Below, piece after piece: positions 52,135 through 64,000 of a stretch of DNA of 64,000 nucleotides. The translations under genes were made by a program, and so were the position numbers. The number at the start of each line of letters is the position of its first letter. Positions within the stretch are counted from its first letter, which is position 1. This DNA is from Octopus vulgaris. Its lineage: Eukaryota. The notes beneath the pieces were generated by a model. That model did not search any database and was not told the origin of the DNA. It saw only the letters and a list, made by a program, of their open reading frames with translations. The stretch is from the NCBI GenBank assembly GCA_951406725.2, contig OX597816.1:94488001-94552000 (forward strand), read 5' to 3'.

Positions 52135-52924
52135 GTAATTTTACTTTATTACACAAGTATTTCATTAATACTGAACAAAAGTCAGTCGGTTATATTGTGG
52201 GATATGTATGTGTTTCCGAAAAGAATTAAATAGCTACAACTGAAATTTGAAAATATACCATAACTTTGCTCATTAAGTTATTACAGCTATACAATCTATG
52301 GATCATCATCATTTTAACATCCACTTTTCCATGCTTGCATTGGTAGGACAGAATTTTATTTAGGCAAATTTTCTATGACCTGATGCCCCTCCTATCACCA
52401 ACCCTTACCTTTTTCCAAGTAAAGTAATATTTTTGCCATTGCCAGACATGATCTTGCAGAATATTGCTGATTAATGATACTGCTTGTATGAAAGTGACAG
52501 TTAATTTACAGCTATCATTTGGTGTCAAGACAAGGAGACACACACACACACACACATATGATGGGCTACTTTTAGTTTGTGTCTACCGAGTCCATTCACA
52601 AGGCTTTGGTTGACCTGGGGCTACTGTAGAAGACATATACTCAAGGTGCCATACAGTGGGATTGAACCAGGAACCATATGATTAGAAAGCAAATTTCTAA
52701 CTGCCCAACCATACCTGCAATTAGACTTTTTCACTTCTGAAATATTTGATGAAATGCTTTTGAGTATACTATATAATAAACTATAAGTATATGGGTTACA
52801 AAAAAAACTGGAGAATATTTCCCCAAGAAATGAATCAAAAACATTAATTTTACTAAATGTTTGCAAAATTGTTTTTATTGAAATATTAAAAAGGAGTCTC
52901 AATGTTAAAAAGTTGAGAGCTACT

Positions 52925-53555
52925 GGTCTGCACTAATTTTCATCCAGATTATTGAAATGACCAGAGACCAAGACCTTTGGAAGTATGCTGTGCGTGGGAA
53001 GACCTGGCAGGACAAGTGAGACCATAACCCGTGGCCTCTACCTGGGACGTAGCCAGCCCACTTATGCATACCGTTCCTTCTTGTGACACAAACCCTACTT
53101 GTGAAGACCTGTTGAGGCAAGTGAAAATCAAAATCGAAACCTTTCAACATCAATGGAAATTGTAGCTGAGATACCAGTGCCGGTGGCACGTAAGAGAACC
53201 GTCCGAACGTGGCCGTTGCCAGCACCGCCCCGACTGGCCTCCGTGCCGGTGGCACGTAAAAAGCACCATCCAATTGTGGCCGTTGCCAGCCTCGTCTGGC
53301 CCCTGTGCCGGTGGTACGTAAAAAGCACCATTAGATCATGGCCGTTTGCCAGCCTCGTCTGGCACCTGTGCAGGTGGCACATATAAAGCACCCACTACAC
53401 TCTCGGAGTGGTTGGTGTTAGGAAGGGCATCCAGCTGTAGAAACACTGCCAGATCAGACTGGGCCTGGCGCAGCCTCCTGGCTTCCTAGACCCCCAGCTG
53501 AACTGTCCAACCCATGCTAGCATGGAAAACAGATGTTAGACGATGATGATGATGG
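52925..53555 (+). mobile_element. Retroposon (RTE-tail SINE-like) with internal ~60-bp tandem GTGCCGGTGGCACGTAAAAAGCACC units and (GAT)n tail
   Basis: Four visible units 53177-53390; tail CCATGCTAGCATGGAAAACAGATGTTAGACGATGATGAT. Confidence 0.65.
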
Positions 53556-53919
53556 TAGGGTTGTGGTGTTACCGAATACACTGGAAGGATGAATTGGCTG
53601 CTTTATGATGATCAAATATTTAAGTCCAAATTTCATTTGGTTCAATTTTTTTTGTTACCCTTCTAAATATGTACTACTAATATAAATAACCTTAAGTCAT
53701 TTGACTACATCTTTATTACAAGTATGATCTGCTTTAGAAACTAATCTAAAAAAAGTTATTGTCTCTGATTGCTTTTTAGGTTTCATTCTGTTGCCTGTAG
53801 TTGCCAGGCACAGCATCTAAACTAATATTTTTCATAAATTTTTATATCTGTATCATAAATATTTATAGCTGTATCATTATGTTGTTAACTGCCAAACTAA
53901 CCAATTGATCCTTCTTTAG

Positions 53920-54034
53920 TCAGCAGATATCATAGATGAAAGTGAATATATAAATGAAGCACAAGCATGGAAGAATAAACTAGAAGATATCTTTGAAGAT
54001 GAATATGAAAGAAGTTGGGGAAGATACGAGAATG
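53920..54034 (+). CDS. NFKBIL1: NFKBIL1 exon 4
   Basis: CTTTAG| ... G|GTTTGT; AWKNKLEDIFEDEYERSWGRYEN resembles vertebrate EWRQKLQGELEDEW..GRFE; phases 0 to 1. Confidence 0.85.
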
Positions 54035-56307
54035 GTTTGTTTATTGTTAATACCTTTTTTTTGTGTGTGTTCTTATTAGTGTTGAAGAAGGAGTTTTGTA
54101 TTTGTTCCTTTATGAGTTGGCTGAATCTGTAAATCTCTTCCCCTTCACTTGTTTCAGTCATTAGACTGCAGCCATACTAGGGCACCATCCTATAAAACTT
54201 TCAGTCAAATGAATTGACCCCAGTACTTATTTTTTTGTTAAGTCTGGCACTTATTCTATCGATCTCTTTTGCCGAACTGCATAGATACAGGGATATAAAC
54301 GCAGCAACACCACTTATCAAGTGGTAGTGGGAGACAGACACACACACACACACATATATATGCACAATGGGCTTCTTTCAGTTTCCATCTTACAAATCTA
54401 CTCACAAGGCTTTGGCCAGCCTGAAGTTATTAGTTGAAGGCAATTGCCCAAGGTTCCACATAATGGAACTGAACCCAGAACCATGTGGTTGGGACACAAA
54501 TGCCTTACCTCAGTCATGTCTGCACCTGTTGATATTTTACATGTATCATAGTTATTGAATTTAATGTGAAACCATTCTTGATAATAAATACATCATACTG
54601 ATAACATTCTCTGTTTGATCACTCTGACTAAACTTGATCCTTCAGTCAGTAATCAAATTGTAGCCATCTTTATAATTGTTGTTTTGAAGATTTAGGATTC
54701 TGGGTTTTTTCCTCTACCTTTAAGATTTTACAGAGATTCTTGAGAGATACTTGGATATTGCATTGATAAGTAGAGTTACCATGTAGAGACTCTCACAAGT
54801 TTTATATTTTTATATTTATTTGATGATGCTCTAGATTAACTAAGTCAATTGTGGCATGATTTGAAATCAGAACACTTAGCATCTCATCAATATTACTGTT
54901 TTATAATTTTGGCTTTAAATCTAGATTGCTAACTTCACTGTCTTATTGGGCTAATAATTGTCTTATTTTGTACTAAATTTGTTATTCTGAGATATCAGGA
55001 TTTCCAATATGTGTCCTCGAATTTTTAAGTGGCAGAGTCTGGATACTATATTAGGAAGCTAAATAACTGACACTGAACTTCCTTCGATGAGATATATGTC
55101 TACATTCAGCTAGTTTGGACCAATTTGTTTATGTGATCTTTATTCAAAGTTTCATTTTATTTTGTAAAAGGTTCGAGTTTACTTTTAATAACTGATTAAA
55201 ATGAAGTGTGAAATCCCATTTTGTGGTGCTTTTTTTAATTCACTGTAAATAGATTAACTATTTACAGAGTTGGTTTAAAACAAATGAACCAAGTGAGATA
55301 TAGCAAGCTTTTATTTTTTGTTAAATATATTTAATTTTAAAGAAAGATTATTTAAAATATTAATAAGAGAATAACAATCAAGTAATGTTGGAATTAAGGA
55401 TTATTATTGGTAAATTTAAAATAAGTAAGAAATCAGGCTTAGAATTTGACCTCATCAATTGTTTACCAGAAAAATGTTTTTAGTGGACTTAACCAGACTT
55501 GATGATTTCAGATATAGAACATTCATAACTTGAAATCTATGAATTACTCAAATGGTTTACTAGACACGGCTAAGAATTCTATTCCTTAAGTGACCCGAGA
55601 GTAACAGTAGTGAAAACATAGTAGCTACAGTAAGCAAGGGGTGGAAGAAATTTTAAGATGTTTTCACTATTGATTATAAAGAGCATGTCTCTTTGTACAA
55701 AAGACAAACTAAATGAAAAGTAGCTCTGAATCTGAGTGGTTGGACATTAAAGCTGAAAGCCCTAGAATGGAATAATGAATGCAAGGGGATAAATAGCATG
55801 TGCTGTTAGTGTAGAGTATTTGTAGCAGAGAATAACTATAACCAGAGGTAGTAAAACCTGCTGAACCCTCACATACAAAAATCTAAGATGAGTGATGATA
55901 AGTCAGATGTGTCTACCATGCAGTAAATGTTGATGTAGAAAGTTGAGCATTGAAACCATGACAACAATGACTTTACTGATTAGCAGAAACTATACTTCCA
56001 CTATTTTACAGTTAAATTACCAGGTTAGACCAATTTATTACAGTTAAATTACCAAGTCAAGCTGAACAGAGATTTATATTTAACATTGCAGTAATAAAAA
56101 GCAGATGCAGGATTGATACATTTGGATTGTCATTATTTATTAAATAGCTATCTACATTAAAATGTAGTTGGTATCGACTTTATAACACATAAGGCTTCAT
56201 GTCAACATGTAATGACTTTCAAAGCATTCACTTTTGTTCTTTTGATTTATATTACAGAGATGTACTTGCATAGCAAGTGACCTGATCTGCAATCATGTGC
56301 TGGAACG

Positions 56308-56567
56308 AAAACAATTTCAGTATAGAAGGTGTTTATAAGCCATTTAAAAACCGTTAGATTCACTTTAACATTTAAATTTAATTTGCCAAAATATTTTTGT
56401 CATTTTGAGACTGCGACCTGATCACTGACAAAATTCCGGAATTTTGTCAGTGATCAGGTTGTGGTCTTAAAGCAACGAAAATATTTTGGCAAATTAAATT
56501 TAAATGTTGAAGTGAATCTAACGGTTTTTAAATGGCTTATAAACACCTTCCATGCTGCAATTGTTTT
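56308..56567. repeat. 260-bp spacerless palindrome centred on TTCC|GGAA (56437/56438) in NFKBIL1 intron 4
   Basis: 130-bp mirror arms with scattered mismatches, mostly transitions. Confidence 0.92.
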
Positions 56568-56658
56568 TGATTCATACATTGCTGAAAATTTTATTTTATT
56601 AATTGTATAACAAAATTGAGATTCACTTAGTAATAAAAATTATATTTTTCTTATTCAG

Positions 56659-57185
56659 ATTATTTTGAATGTGATAAAGAGTGGGAATCTTACGATGCAT
56701 GGGCCAACAGAATATCATCTGAGAGAAAGAGGAAAAAGGAACCATGGAAATATGAGTTCAGTTTTAAGAAAGCTCATAAAAAGTTACACAGAGGGAATTC
56801 AAACACACACACTCAAAATCATGTTTCACGACCTAAAAGAAAACATTCTGAGAGAAAACTCACTGAAGTGGAATTTTTGAGGAATGAAAAAAAATACAAG
56901 AAGTTGTTAAATGGGGACCAGAAGGAAATTCTTTCTTATGATCGCTTTCCTTGGCCAACAGACAGCCAGGGAATATGTCTTTCTTATGAAGGTGTAGAAT
57001 CTCTTCATATTGACAATACATTAGAGAACAAAATGCTGGTCCGAAAACTGCAGCGCCGATGGCATCCTGACAAGTTTATACAGAACTTTGGAAACCGTTT
57101 GCTTGAATCAGATAGGGACCACATTATTAAACAAATTAATGAAATAGCCAAAGCACTGAACAAAATTAATGAAAAATTAGTTTGA
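56659..57185 (+). CDS. NFKBIL1: NFKBIL1 exon 5 (terminal)
   Basis: TTATTCAG|; ESYDAWANRI..FPWP..VRKLQRRWHPDKFIQNFG..IAKALN*; total CDS 1080 nt = 359 aa; AATAAA at 57241. Confidence 0.88.
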
Positions 57186-60100
57186 AAAGCATGTATTGTG
57201 TTGAAATTATTCTGTTGCTATAACTTCAAACTAACTGTAAAATAAAAAATAAAATACTTGAAATGCCTTACTTGTAGGGCGTGCATTAAATAAAATATTT
57301 TATGTATTTGGATCGTTTAAAATTTTCTTTATTTTTTACACTTCAGTGATTTTATTTGAATAGGATGGCTTTCACAAATTTGTACCTATTCGAGAAGTGG
57401 CAGTGTAGCACATTAAACAATCTGCAGCAGACTGACACAAAAGATGCAATCTGCCTACAAGTGGTACAGCACAAACACTATTGTTCTGGTTAGGAGACAA
57501 AGTTTATCTTCTTGGGAACTGTTTACCGAGTGATGAGAAATGTGGATTGGAAGAAAAAAAAATTTGTTTCATGTGTGTTGTGTAGGGACAAGGAAAATGG
57601 GCTACAATTTCAGTGGCTTTATCTACAGGAGTGCTACTCAAAGAACTGTATCGGTTAAGAAATTATAAGAATATCCTAGAGATACTCTTGGCCAGGGTTG
57701 CAACTGAAATGATGAGAGAGTTTTTTCAATGATCATCTTACAGACATTGTGGTGGTTTATAAATACCTTTGTCCTTCACTTCCCTGTATGAACCACGTAG
57801 CAGTTTTGGTTTTGTCAGGGATATCTGCTTAGCTGGTTAAGTTGAAGCACATTTGTTACAGCAATAAGCATTGCTCCAACCATTGTTGTGGAACAGTTCA
57901 CTTAGTTAAACTATTAGTTTGGTAATCTGATGATTAGGTTTCAAGATGAGAAAGTGAGCACAAATGTATGGAAAATCAGTGTGTCAAGGAAACAAACAAA
58001 AGAGAAAAACTAGCTGATTTGTGATATGTTCCTTAAATATTAAACCTGAATAATTTCTGGAATTGATTGGCCAAGCTTTCTTTTTCATTATTAACAACTT
58101 TACACTTAGAGGTATTGCAGAGAAGTTTCCTGTTATGTCCATCAGATAACTAGAAGATGAGCTCCCTGTAAGTCAACAAATATTGAGCTTGCAAGTTTTT
58201 ACATGGTTGCTTGACCTGCTGCAAATAGCAGCTAAAGCTTCACAAGTCATACTCAAATGGCTTTTTTCTTTAAAAAAAATGGGACACTTTGGACAGTGTA
58301 AATCCTGACATAGAAAATGATGGAATGATCATGATTAAAATGCTTTTAATCATAGGTCTGTTTCATCAAAGTTAAGCAACATTCAATAGTGGGAGGTAAA
58401 GGTTTTCACTATGATACTGGTGAAACAATACAAACCATTAACCCACTGACTGACACTTTGTCACCTTCTCAATTCAAACAACTATAAAACTAATAACAGA
58501 CACAAAAATCAATTAGCATAGATATATTTTGTTATACAGTACAACTTTGTATTTTAATGAAAAAAATTTTCAGGTATCTTTAACTTTACTTTATGAAAAT
58601 AGTTAAAATTTATTTGTTTTTCAAAATGTTCATTAACATTTAATATAAAATTTAGTGGAAGTTTATACTGAACTATTTTAGAATTTTAGTGCCACTTATT
58701 CCAGATGCTGAACCCATTGCCTTTTGATTATCATCCAAACATTCCTAACCACTAAGCCACATGCCTTCACCAGCTGGACTATCTACAGGAATTGATGATT
58801 TGCTCAACAAAAATCCATGAATTTTGGTTTCTTCTTTCATCTCAAACACCTAAAGTTCTTTACATCAAATAAAAAAAAAGGAAACCTAATAGGAATAACA
58901 ATACAACTGCTGGACAATTCTTAGTCTTATATGCAGAGATTTGTGGAATTTAGTCCAGCTTAACTCTACATCCACCACCAGCTAATTACACATAATTCAT
59001 ACATATTCTTTTCTCTTTGAGATCACTTTTCCAATCCATCTCCTCTAACCATATTACATTGTTCTTGAATAACTTTTGTTCTGTTCCCTTCACTTCCCAC
59101 TTCGTATTGCATATTCTTATAAAATACACCTTTTCTGTCTCATCACTACATACACAGTTACCTACATGCTAAAAAAGCAACCAAGTTTTCAAATGACACC
59201 TAACACCTTTTTTTAAATGATGCATTGGGCTTTGGAGTTTTAAATACACTGTATCTGAATAAAGGATAGTCAAAACTGAACTGCTTATGCTTTTACATAT
59301 AGATTGTTATTCCAGTGTATTCAGATGTTTAAGTGCATGTATATTATATATATATGCATGCATGCATATGTGTGTGTGTATGGTTAAGAAGTTTGCTTCT
59401 CAACCATGTAGTTTTTAGGTTAAATCCCACTGTGACACTTTAGGCATGTGCCTTCTAGTATCTATCTATCTATCTCAATTTCACATTTTTTGAATTCTCT
59501 ATATTAACTATCAAATTGTTGCCACTAGTAAGAAAGTACTTGTATGCCAGTTGCTATAGGCTTGCAGAGGTCATGAACACTTCCTTTGCAATCATTGTCA
59601 TTCATACATTAATACATATACCATCATCACTTAAAATTCATCTTCAATGCTAGTAAGAGTCAGATGGTTCAACAGGATCTGATGAGACAGAAGGCTACAT
59701 TGAACACCTATGTTTGCTACAGTATGGTTTCTACAGCTGGATGCTCTTCCTAACACCAACCACTTCCCAAAGTGTATTGGGTGATTTTTTTTCTTGTAGA
59801 ATGGGCACAACGGAGGTTACCATGTAATTTGTAAGACAAACAAGTTCCTTCAACTGAGTGGGTTTGTAGCAGAGATTGAAGTGACTTTATATCAGATGTT
59901 GAGAGACTAAAATATGATAGCAGGACAAAGAACTGTAGTCTTTTGATTTGTTATACTTAGAAGTTGTAAAGCTCTATAAAATATTAACTGGGCACAGTAA
60001 TCACAGGAAAAGTTAAATACTGTGTAACCTAACATAGTATTAGTGGGAAAATGATTTAGCAAAGGAATTGCCTCGAGATGTATGGTCACAATAGATATAG

Positions 60101-62499
60101 AATGAAGGATATGAGATGCTGGTGGTTGTGTTGGGTTCGGGCTGCATAAAATGAATGCACAACACTCATGAACAATAAACAGAATTTTATTTCACTGCGC
60201 AAAATTTTCTGTGTTGGCCATGATTTTAAAATGCAACAACAAAATTTACACCCAAGAAGGACGATTCTGCAGCTATTAGAAATAGTTGATTAAGAAGGCT
60301 TTGTAATTAAGCTGCCAAGACAAGGCTTATGTTGGCAAACTGTAGCTGTTGTCTAGGTTAAGTAAAGAGTTGTGAGAATGGCTGCTAAAAGCAGCAAAAA
60401 TGAGATTATGGTTAGCATAGCTGCAAGTGACCACAAACTGAAGTTTGGTGCTCAAAACGGGTCTATTTATAAGTTCTAGCAGATACTAGAAAGATGCATT
60501 ACGTGATGTCTCGATCCTATTTGGTCCATAACACGGGAAAAACTGTTTCTAGGCCCTGATTTTAACTTGGTAATTTTGATGATTTGGTTTTGGATTTTGC
60601 TACAAAATCAAATTGAATCTACCCGTCGTACTACAGTGTTTGCCAAGTGCTCTATAAAAATTATTTATTATAATCATTCAGGATCAAAACTTTACAATTG
60701 ACGAGCCAATAAAGTTATTCCGACCTGCTAGAAATAATATCAAATAGTGAGATATATTTCATGGCTGAATCTGTAATAAACTGTATCTGAAGAGATGGGA
60801 TAGTTCATGGTGAAAATACCTTTGATCAGGGCTGACCTGGGGCTAAACAACAACTTTCCAACAGTTTGAGCACCTTCTAACCTACATTTTTTTTATTCAC
60901 CAGGGTTGAACCATAACTATTACTTATAAACAAATATAAGTATGTAGAGGGATAAAAGTAAACGAACTGTTATACTTTCAATCACGCTCCTTGATAATTT
61001 GATCTTTTATACTGTTAATAATTTTTCTTTCTTTTCTTCTTGTAAAAATATGTTGGTAATAAATTTGCCTCTGATAATAATAAAAAATTAACAAAATATT
61101 TATTAAAGGTGAGAATATATTGTGACACTAAGGAAAGATAACTGATACTATTTAGAACTGGTCAAAGTAAATAGGAGATTCTCTGTCAGCAAACACCGAT
61201 AAGGGAGATGACTCTTATGATTACCGCAACTACCACAAATGTTTTGACCCATGTCAAGTGAGTGATATATTACTTTTTACTCTTCTTCTCTCTATTTCTG
61301 CAGCAGTTAATTACTTTATTCTCTTGTGTATTCGGGCGTCTTTCTCTTTCTGTAGAAACTATTTACTAAACAATTTAATTGAATTATTTATTAAAATAAA
61401 ATGTTTAATTTAGAATTCAGCAAACAATTCTTTCATGTCCGAGCCATAATAATTGTTATGTTTTTTTACCGTTGATTGTACGATCGTGAACATATAAAGC
61501 TAAATTACTGAGGCCAAGTACTCTGAATGAACATTTTGACTAATCTTTTTTTTTTTCTTCTTTTCTTAAAACTACAGAAATCTCTCCTTTATAATAGTTT
61601 GTTTCATTTCCTCTTCCTATATAACTCAAATATTTCGCCCAGTTTTTTTCCATCTCCTAATTTACGAAGACTTAATTTAACTGCTCCACCCTCACAACGT
61701 TAGAGCATCCTACTGGTTGATTTGACCATTTCCCTTCCAGTACTTCGCTTTAGTCAAAACCTAAATACACTTTTGTGTTTATAAGTTGTGAACATATACA
61801 CTTCTTACTTGATGTATCTATTCTAGTGTATAAAGTGTTACTGTCAACGCACTCCAATGTTATCCATCACTATATGTTTAACTGGTTCCAGATTTATCTG
61901 ATCTACCGCGGGATGGTGTTACGTTGTTTTTGTTTGCCTAAATGACTTGTTTGAGTATATTCATGGCTCTCAGTTATCAATTTATATCCTGATACAGACC
62001 TAATCTTGATTTTGGATAAACTGTTTAACTGGAGTTGCTTTCTTCATCACGGTTCAGCCGCCGTGTCCTATTTAATTGCTGACTTTGTGTCGTATTTTGA
62101 GTTCAAATCTCGGTATAGTTGACTTCAATTTTTATTCCACCAGAGTTGACAACATAGTACCAGTTGTTGTTTAGGCACAAGTGAACTGTGATTAAGCTGA
62201 TTCATTCGGTCATAGTTTGTCTCGGACTTCTTTATCAAGTATCTGTGACTTTCCGTGTTTTAAGACTAAGCTCCGGTTTGAGGAAGATTTAGCTGCTATT
62301 TTTAGCAGATCGAGTTACCACTTAGAAGCGTCTTCATTGGTTCGCAAAGTATCAATAAATGAATATAACTTATTTCTATAACCAATTTCAAATATCTCAC
62401 ATTTTTCAAGAGTAGAGTTTATTAAGCTGACACATATACTATGCATGCTTATATAGAACTGGTATTTCTCTGCTGCATATCATACAACTCATTGTGCCA

Positions 62500-64000
62500 T
62501 GAACGTTGAGAGATTTAGGTGTAAGGTTGGTTAGAATGGTATGTCAGTGTGCGAGAGTTGGGGAACTGTGTTGTAAAGATGAAGAATGGGAAAAGTGATG
62601 CATAGTGAAAGTTGGAGTGCATCAGGGTTATTATTAAGCCCACAACTATTTGTACTTGTGAGTGAGAAGCTGGTTTGAAGTGTAAACGACAGTTTATTTT
62701 GATAGTTTGCTGTATGCAGATGATATGGTATTAACAGCAGTGTGTGTGGATGGATTGAAGGAGAAGAGGAATGAGTGGAAGAAATGTGTGGAGGGAAAAG
62801 GTTTTGAAGGTGAATATTAGAAAGATAGAGGTGATGTCATGTGGTGAGATGGAAAGATTGGGAAGTGGATGTGTGCTGGAAAAGATGGAATGAATTTCGT
62901 TAAATATATAATATACTCCAGATGGGTTCATCAAAAATGCAGTGATATGAGAGAATTATAAACTAATGTGGCTCCTACACTTGATTATGAGGTGGTATCA
63001 AAGAGTTCCAGGACTAGTTATGTTTAATAAAAAAAATATAAAATAACAAGTTTTAACATCATTTCCTTCAATACAGCAGTCCCAACATTCCTGCCATTTT
63101 TGGAATCCGACCTGGAAGTCATTTTCTGTAAGTGAGTTGAGGACCTTCTGCGTTTCACTCTTGATCTCGACAATGATGTTAAAAGAGTGACCTTTGAGCT
63201 GCCTTTTCATCTTGAGGAAGAGATGGAAGTCTACATGTACTAAATCTGGCATACAGGTTGGGTGCAGAAGCGATACTACCTTGTTTTTGGTGAGAAACTC
63301 ACAAAAAAAGAGAGCTTGGTGACAAGGTGCATTATTATCTTGAAGAATCCAGACGTTAAGATTGCCTGCATGGACCCCTACGACAGTACAAAACATCAGC
63401 AATGTCATTGATTGTCCTCTAATAATCCTCATGCACAAGCTGATGAATTTTCTTCATATTTCCAAGGGTGACACTCATGATAGATCTTCCAGGGATGTTC
63501 TTTCACTTTTGAAGTCCTTTGAAACATTGCATATGACCCATTGTCTCATTACCACAAGCTGGCTGAAGCATGCTCAATGTCTCTCCAGCAAACTTCTCAA
63601 GTTTAACACAAAATTTCACGTTGGCTCTTTGTTCCAACTTCCTGTCCATGACAAAAATCACAGACTACAGGATACATGTGATCACAAAAACACAAATTTC
63701 ACAACTTGCAAAGTAAACACAGCAATGTCACTTGGCACACTGCCTCATGAAAGTCACTGCTAGATCTCCCTGTACACAGAACCATGTGCTGTCATCTGTT
63801 GGCACACTACAGAACTAGTTTGGGTATTTTTTTAAATACCACCATGTATGAAAAGAGCTACAGATGAAGAAAATGTTTGATTCTGGAAATTGCTAGAGTA
63901 AGATGCATGTGGAAGAAGTTCCAAGTTCTGAGTAGCATACTAATGAAGATGGGATTTTTACTGAAACTGAGGAGAAAGGTATGTGCTACATGTGTGAGAA
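62500..64000 (+). mobile_element. Decayed RTE-type LINE relic interrupted by a mariner element
   Basis: VGVHQGLLLSPQLF..LLYADDMV near 62610-62730; resumes after 63850. Confidence 0.6.
62986..63848 (-). mobile_element. Internally deleted mariner element
   Basis: LQDNNAPCH..HPTCMPDLVHVDFHLF..FQKWQECWDCCI; degenerate TIRs TA..GGTGGTAT / ATACCACC..TA. Confidence 0.75.

Overview
AT-rich, microsatellite- and transposon-dense eukaryotic DNA. The SINE families suggest a coleoid cephalopod, most likely Octopus; this is inferred from recognition, not tested. Two host genes are supported, both on the + strand: an intact acid ceramidase (ASAH1-like) with an intronless CDS at 36405-37571, and a five-exon NFKBIL1-like gene at 48055-57185 (359 aa, spliced by hand with consistent intron phases). 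The rest is mostly mobile DNA: mariner, Sola2-like, hAT/piggyBac/Tc1 MITEs, a Helitron remnant, two Ty3/gypsy relics, Tx1, CR1, RTE and RLE LINEs, tRNA-derived SINEs, and Penelope-like elements (PLEs). The main signal no ORF explains is a set of minimal type I hammerhead ribozyme folds. There are about 10 copies in at least six unrelated repeat families, most with a palindromic stem III and most beside (TA)n tracts. One family forms a 352-bp tandem-plus-inverted array directly upstream of a near-intact PLE RT/GIY-YIG ORF. Also notable are a SINE that shares its 3' tail with the local Tx1 LINE and several long foldback structures. All calls were made by eye, with no database searches or folding runs.
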